Virus record (IMG/VR): IMGVR_UViG_3300046779_000728
Span: 1 to 27,849 of that record
Source: a virus
Lineage: Duplodnaviria > Caudoviricetes
Direction: 5' to 3' (one strand)
Length of the DNA: 27,849 nt
In this document: in pieces, positions 23,916 through 27,849 of the stretch
Position numbering within the stretch: the stretch's first letter is position 1
Layout of the letters: every line of letters begins with the position of its first letter
The notes under the pieces: generated by a model
Database searches by the model: none
The model's input: the letters and a program-made list of their open reading frames with translations, nothing else
What the model was told of the DNA's origin: nothing
Made by a program: the position numbers and the translations under genes

Positions 23916-26795
23916 ATGAAAGATTATAGACAACTAATTAAAGAGTTACCCTCTAAGACTGTAGTATTTGCGTTCGGAAGATTTAATCCTCCGACGATTG
24001 GTCACGAATTGCTTGTCAAAGCTGTCAAAAAACTGGCTCAGCAGAAAAATGCTGACCACGTAATCTACGCATCCAGATCCCAAGATTCTAAAAAGAATCC
24101 ACTAACTGTGGATAAAAAGGTTAAGTATTTAAACCTTATGTTCAGAAATACTAAGTTTGCTGCGGCAAACGAACATGTTCGTACTTTCATAGAAGCAGCA
24201 AAAGAATTAAATAAGCGTTACAAGAATATCGTTATGGTTGCTGGTAGCGATCGTGTTCCAGAATTTAAAAGATTGCTAAACACCTATAATGGCAAAGAGT
24301 TTAACTTTGATACAATCGAAGTTATCTCTGCAGGTGAAAGAGATCCAGATGCTGATGATGCTTCTGGAATGTCTGCTTCTAAAATGCGTGCGCTTGCAGT
24401 GAAAGGTAATTATTCAGAATTCAAAAAAGGATTGCCATCTACTGTCCGTGATATTGATGGTAAAAGATTGATGAATGATATTCGTGAGGGTATGGGACTT
24501 GAATCAATTAAAGAACAGATTGTTTTAGTAAAAGACGATCTTCGTGAAAAATACTTTCGTGGAGAGATTTTTAACGAAGGTGATATTGTAGAATCAGATG
24601 GTGAAAAGTTTACAATTGTTAAGCGTGGTTCGAATCATTTATTACTAAAAGAACAAACTGGAGCATTAGTTTCCAAATGGATTCATGATGTGCAACCAAC
24701 GGAAGAAAAAGATATGAACGAAGCACTAACCGACAAGACATTAAAACCGAATGACAAACTAAAAGTCGCTCGTATTATTGCGACCATGCTTGGTGTTGAA
24801 ACTGCAGAGACATCATCAAATCCTGACATGCTTATTAATCAGGCTTTACGTCGTGTGCGTACTAAATCATTGAACCCAGAAGCACTGGCAATTCTTGATA
24901 AAATGTTAAACTTAGCAACTGAACAAGGTATTCAGTATGATGCTACATTGAAGCCAACAAAATTAAAAGAAGCTGTGACACAACCAAATGGTACAGACAA
25001 GATCTCTGTCACAACTGACTCTCCAGTAGTAAATAAAAAATCAAAATATAATTTTGCCAAAGACGTTCTTCGCTTTAATGACTTTAAGAAATTACAAAAA
25101 GTTCAAGAACAAGAACAAGATTATGAATATGCGTCACACTCAATGGCTGATAATAAAAAAGACAATGAATCAGATTATGATTATGAGCATGCAGTTAAAA
25201 TTACAGATCCAACAGAAGTTGGTCATACATTAGTTCATCCAGGTGGTCAAGATAATTTACGTCGTCGTAAAGTAAAGTACCATCTTGGTGAAGGATTCCC
25301 TATGTCTGATTTACCAAACTCTGACCGAACAGATAGAAAAGGTGCTTCGTATAATCCTTTTAGAAAACAAAAAACTGCAGATGACATAAAGAGAATTAAT
25401 GCAGCAAAAGAACGTGAAGCCAAACAAACTGGATTATATAAAAAGCAATCACCTGCTCAAAGACGTGAAACAGTTAAACAGTACATGGATTTAGTAAAAC
25501 ATATTGGAGAAGAACAAATTGATGAAGTTTCATCTGATCTAGTTAAAAAGGCAAGAGATGTTGCTTTTGCTAAAGGTAAAGATGATCAAGGACATCGTTT
25601 CGTCAAGAAAGCATATGAGAAGGGTCAGAAAGAATCTGATGCTATGGCAAAGAAATTGTCAGAAGAATTAGATGAATCTGCATCAGCAGGTTTAGCTGCA
25701 AAAGCGCAAAAGTCTGGTGTGTCACTATCAACTCTTAAGAAAGTCTATGCACGTGGTGTTGCTGCATGGAACTCTGGTCATCGTCCAGGGACAACTCCAC
25801 AACAGTGGGGTATGGCTCGTGTAAACTCTTACATCACAAAAGGCAAAGGCACATATCATGGTGCTGACAAAGATCTTCGTGAGGAAGAAGAACTTGAAGA
25901 AGCAAATCTTCCAGAAGTGCCGAAAGACAAAGAGTCTGGTCTTCCAAAGAAATATGTAGCAGGTTTATCTGCTGCAACTGCAAAAGCAAGAGCAGCACAT
26001 TGGGACAAGATGGATAAGAAAAGCGACAGCGATCCATCAGCATATGAACCAGCCCCTGGAGATGCTACTGCAAAGACTAAAGAATCAAAACATACAAAGA
26101 AATATCGTGCAATGTTTGGTGAAGACATGGACGAAGAAATCTATGAAGCATGCTGGGTAGGTTATAAGCAGGTCGGTATTAAGAAAAAAGGTAACAAGTA
26201 TGTTCCAAACTGCGTGAAAGAAAGTGCAGTAGATGTTTCTGAATACGAAGAAAATTGGGAAGAGCATATTTTTGCAGATGAAGAACCTTCAGAAGAAGAA
26301 CTCGATCACTATATGAATCATATCAGCGATGATGACATCTATGATCTATATGATGAAGAGGAAATAACTGTTGTTGATGATGAAACTGGCGAAGAACTAC
26401 CAGAAGATGAAGAAGAAAAAGAATTAGAAGAAGAAACATTAATGGAAGTTCTATCACGCATTGAGCGTATGAAAGCAAAGTTTCGTATTCGTCGCACCAA
26501 AGCAAAGCGTGAACGTGCAACTAAGATTGCATTAAAGCGTTATTCAAACACAAAGACAATTAATAAGCGTTCACGTCGTCTAGCAGTTAAACTTATGAAG
26601 AAGCGTCTATTGCGTGGACGTGATCCAAGCAAAATCTCTGTAGCTGAAAAAGAAAGAGTTGAAAAAGTTATTCAAAATAGAAAACAAATCATCAATCGTT
26701 TAGCGATGAGACTTGCTCCAAGAGTTAGAAAAATCGAGAAGTCTAGATTGTCTCATACTAAAATGACAAAGGGGTCTGGCAATGTTGCGTTTTAA
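23916..26795 (+). CDS. HIGH-superfamily (cytidyltransferase-like) nucleotidyltransferase fused to a long modular C-terminus
   Basis: FGRFNPPTIGH, KNPL, VAGSDR and MSASKMR in the first ~200 aa, then small modules separated by acidic linkers and a very basic C-terminus; MKDYRQLIKE start. Confidence 0.8.
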   Translation: MKDYRQLIKELPSKTVVFAFGRFNPPTIGHELLVKAVKKLAQQKNADHVIYASRSQDSKKNPLTVDKKVKYLNLMFRNTKFAAANEHVRTFIEAAKELNKRYKNIVMVAGSDRVPEFKRLLNTYNGKEFNFDTIEVISAGERDPDADDASGMSASKMRALAVKGNYSEFKKGLPSTVRDIDGKRLMNDIREGMGLESIKEQIVLVKDDLREKYFRGEIFNEGDIVESDGEKFTIVKRGSNHLLLKEQTGALVSKWIHDVQPTEEKDMNEALTDKTLKPNDKLKVARIIATMLGVETAETSSNPDMLINQALRRVRTKSLNPEALAILDKMLNLATEQGIQYDATLKPTKLKEAVTQPNGTDKISVTTDSPVVNKKSKYNFAKDVLRFNDFKKLQKVQEQEQDYEYASHSMADNKKDNESDYDYEHAVKITDPTEVGHTLVHPGGQDNLRRRKVKYHLGEGFPMSDLPNSDRTDRKGASYNPFRKQKTADDIKRINAAKEREAKQTGLYKKQSPAQRRETVKQYMDLVKHIGEEQIDEVSSDLVKKARDVAFAKGKDDQGHRFVKKAYEKGQKESDAMAKKLSEELDESASAGLAAKAQKSGVSLSTLKKVYARGVAAWNSGHRPGTTPQQWGMARVNSYITKGKGTYHGADKDLREEEELEEANLPEVPKDKESGLPKKYVAGLSAATAKARAAHWDKMDKKSDSDPSAYEPAPGDATAKTKESKHTKKYRAMFGEDMDEEIYEACWVGYKQVGIKKKGNKYVPNCVKESAVDVSEYEENWEEHIFADEEPSEEELDHYMNHISDDDIYDLYDEEEITVVDDETGEELPEDEEEKELEEETLMEVLSRIERMKAKFRIRRTKAKRERATKIALKRYSNTKTINKRSRRLAVKLMKKRLLRGRDPSKISVAEKERVEKVIQNRKQIINRLAMRLAPRVRKIEKSRLSHTKMTKGSGNVAF

Positions 26796-27048
26796 AGAGT
26801 GGCTCGCCGAAGCAGAATATCAAGGAAGAGAAGTTCCTCTCAATAAACCTATGGCTGGTGATGTAAAGAAGTCTAAAGTTTTTGTTAAGAATGCAAATGG
26901 TAATGTTGTCAAGGTTAACTTTGGCGATAAGAATATGACTATCAAGAAACATATTCCTGGTCGTCGTAAGTCTTTCCGTGCACGACACAACTGCGATAAT
27001 CCTGGTCCAAAAGATAAAGCAAGATATTGGTCTTGTAAGGCATGGTGA
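26782..27048 (+). CDS. Small basic conserved viral protein
   Basis: MLRFKEWLAE start; KKSKVFV...KVNFGD...RRKSFRARHNC...ARYWSCKAW. Confidence 0.78.
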   Translation: MLRFKEWLAEAEYQGREVPLNKPMAGDVKKSKVFVKNANGNVVKVNFGDKNMTIKKHIPGRRKSFRARHNCDNPGPKDKARYWSCKAW

Positions 27049-27053
27049 TTTAA

Positions 27054-27539
27054 ATGTCTAAAATACATGTACTAAAAAACACAGAGACAGAAGCAGTAAT
27101 TAAAGTATATACTACTGAGCCTTCTGGTGAATCTATAGATCTAAGTCTAAGCACTTGGTTGACAACACCAACTCAAGTTTATGTTACTGGAACAAATGAT
27201 GCGCCAGAAACAGATGGACATTTTGCACAATATGCTGGATCCCATGCATTCATTGCTGCCATCTGGTGGGGTCTTAAGAAAGACAAACAACTTGATATCA
27301 CTCGTATTTTAGATGCTGGTGCAGGAACTGTTCACAGTCACTATTATCTAATAAATGGTGGCCAATATGAATTCGACCATCATGGATTTGTTGATCGAAT
27401 TTATGCTAATAGAGATCTACGTTTCACTTTCGATGGACCAGGACATTGTATTGTTAAATTACGTAAACATGGTTGGGACTCTAAAGTAGAAACACCGCAG
27501 TTCTCAATTTACGACAATGAAAGTCTAGTTGGCAGTTAA
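27054..27539 (+). CDS. Hypothetical protein (beta-rich)
   Basis: 161-aa ORF in the late operon, with a GGTGA SD-like sequence. Confidence 0.75.
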   Translation: MSKIHVLKNTETEAVIKVYTTEPSGESIDLSLSTWLTTPTQVYVTGTNDAPETDGHFAQYAGSHAFIAAIWWGLKKDKQLDITRILDAGAGTVHSHYYLINGGQYEFDHHGFVDRIYANRDLRFTFDGPGHCIVKLRKHGWDSKVETPQFSIYDNESLVGS

Positions 27540-27541
27540 GA

Positions 27542-27548
27542 ATAAATA
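27542..27548 (+). promoter_or_regulatory. T4-like late promoter (ATAAATA)
   Basis: Intergenic ATAAATA, then GGAGA SD and ATG 27573. Confidence 0.55.
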
Positions 27549-27572
27549 ATAAGAATAAAACGGAGACAGTTT

Positions 27573-27849
27573 ATGAAATCTTATACACAATTTTTAGAAG
27601 CACTTAAAGGTAAGCAGCACAAGATCGATAAGAATAAGAATGGTAAAATCGATGCGCACGACTTTAAACTTCTAAGAAAAGAAGAATCAGAAGAACTAGA
27701 GATCGATGAAGCTGCAGATCGTATGGCACGTTCTGACTATAAAGTTGGTCCATCTGGTCGCAAATCTCACAAAGAAATTGTTTTTGATAACTCTGAAAAG
27801 AAAGATGACAAAGAAGAAATGAAAGAGCAAGCACCTGTTGCTCCAGTTC
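27573..27849 (+). CDS. Hypothetical late protein with EF-hand-like loop, 3'-truncated by window edge
   Basis: Open to the window end: MKSYTQFLEALKGKQHKIDKNKNGKIDAHDFKLLRKEE...; DxNxNGxIDxxD loop. Confidence 0.75.
   Translation, partial: MKSYTQFLEALKGKQHKIDKNKNGKIDAHDFKLLRKEESEELEIDEAADRMARSDYKVGPSGRKSHKEIVFDNSEKKDDKEEMKEQAPVAPV

Noticed and set aside
179-27068. All minus-strand ORFs and alternative-frame plus-strand ORFs in the track (60-146 aa)
   Set aside because: They overlap well-supported + strand genes, show no recognisable motifs, and look like shadow ORFs.
1-27849. Stop-codon reassignment
   Set aside because: Core genes are full length under the standard code, and TAA, TGA and TAG (e.g. 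gp41) all act as stops.

Overview
This window comes from a T4-like (Tevenvirinae-related, environmental-type) myophage genome. All credible genes lie on the + strand and use the standard genetic code. It carries the core replication module (gp44 partial, gp62, regA, gp30 ligase, DexA-like exonuclease, gp43, uvsX, gp41) interspersed with accessory genes: a split carbamoyltransferase, hsp20 with a structured ROSE-like leader, 2OG-Fe(II) oxygenases, and YodL-like and SutA-like small proteins. The main candidate for a new system is a six-gene DNA base-hypermodification operon directly after the helicase (15620-20295): TET/JBP-type dioxygenase, class II (Ntn) glutamine amidotransferase, GNAT acetyltransferase, amino acid:DNA transferase (aGPT-PPlase-like), an orphan, and a P-loop 5hmU-DNA-kinase-like protein. 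The dioxygenase and the GNAT end in the same C-terminal peptide as the DNA polymerase (SLE[D/E]F[F/L]), the position of the T4 sliding-clamp-binding motif, suggesting a clamp-tethered, replication-coupled modification machine. Downstream, five proteins start with T4 capsid-targeting-like peptides (MKxFxEFIxE-like), including a PD-(D/E)xK-like nuclease, an RNA-ligase-like protein and a ~960-aa HIGH nucleotidyltransferase with polyprotein-like architecture. Non-coding signals include four TTGTCT-N17-(T/C)ATAAT promoters, CTAAATA late promoters and a CCCT-N9-AGGG palindrome array found at two distant promoters. All family calls come from motifs read by eye; no database searches were run.
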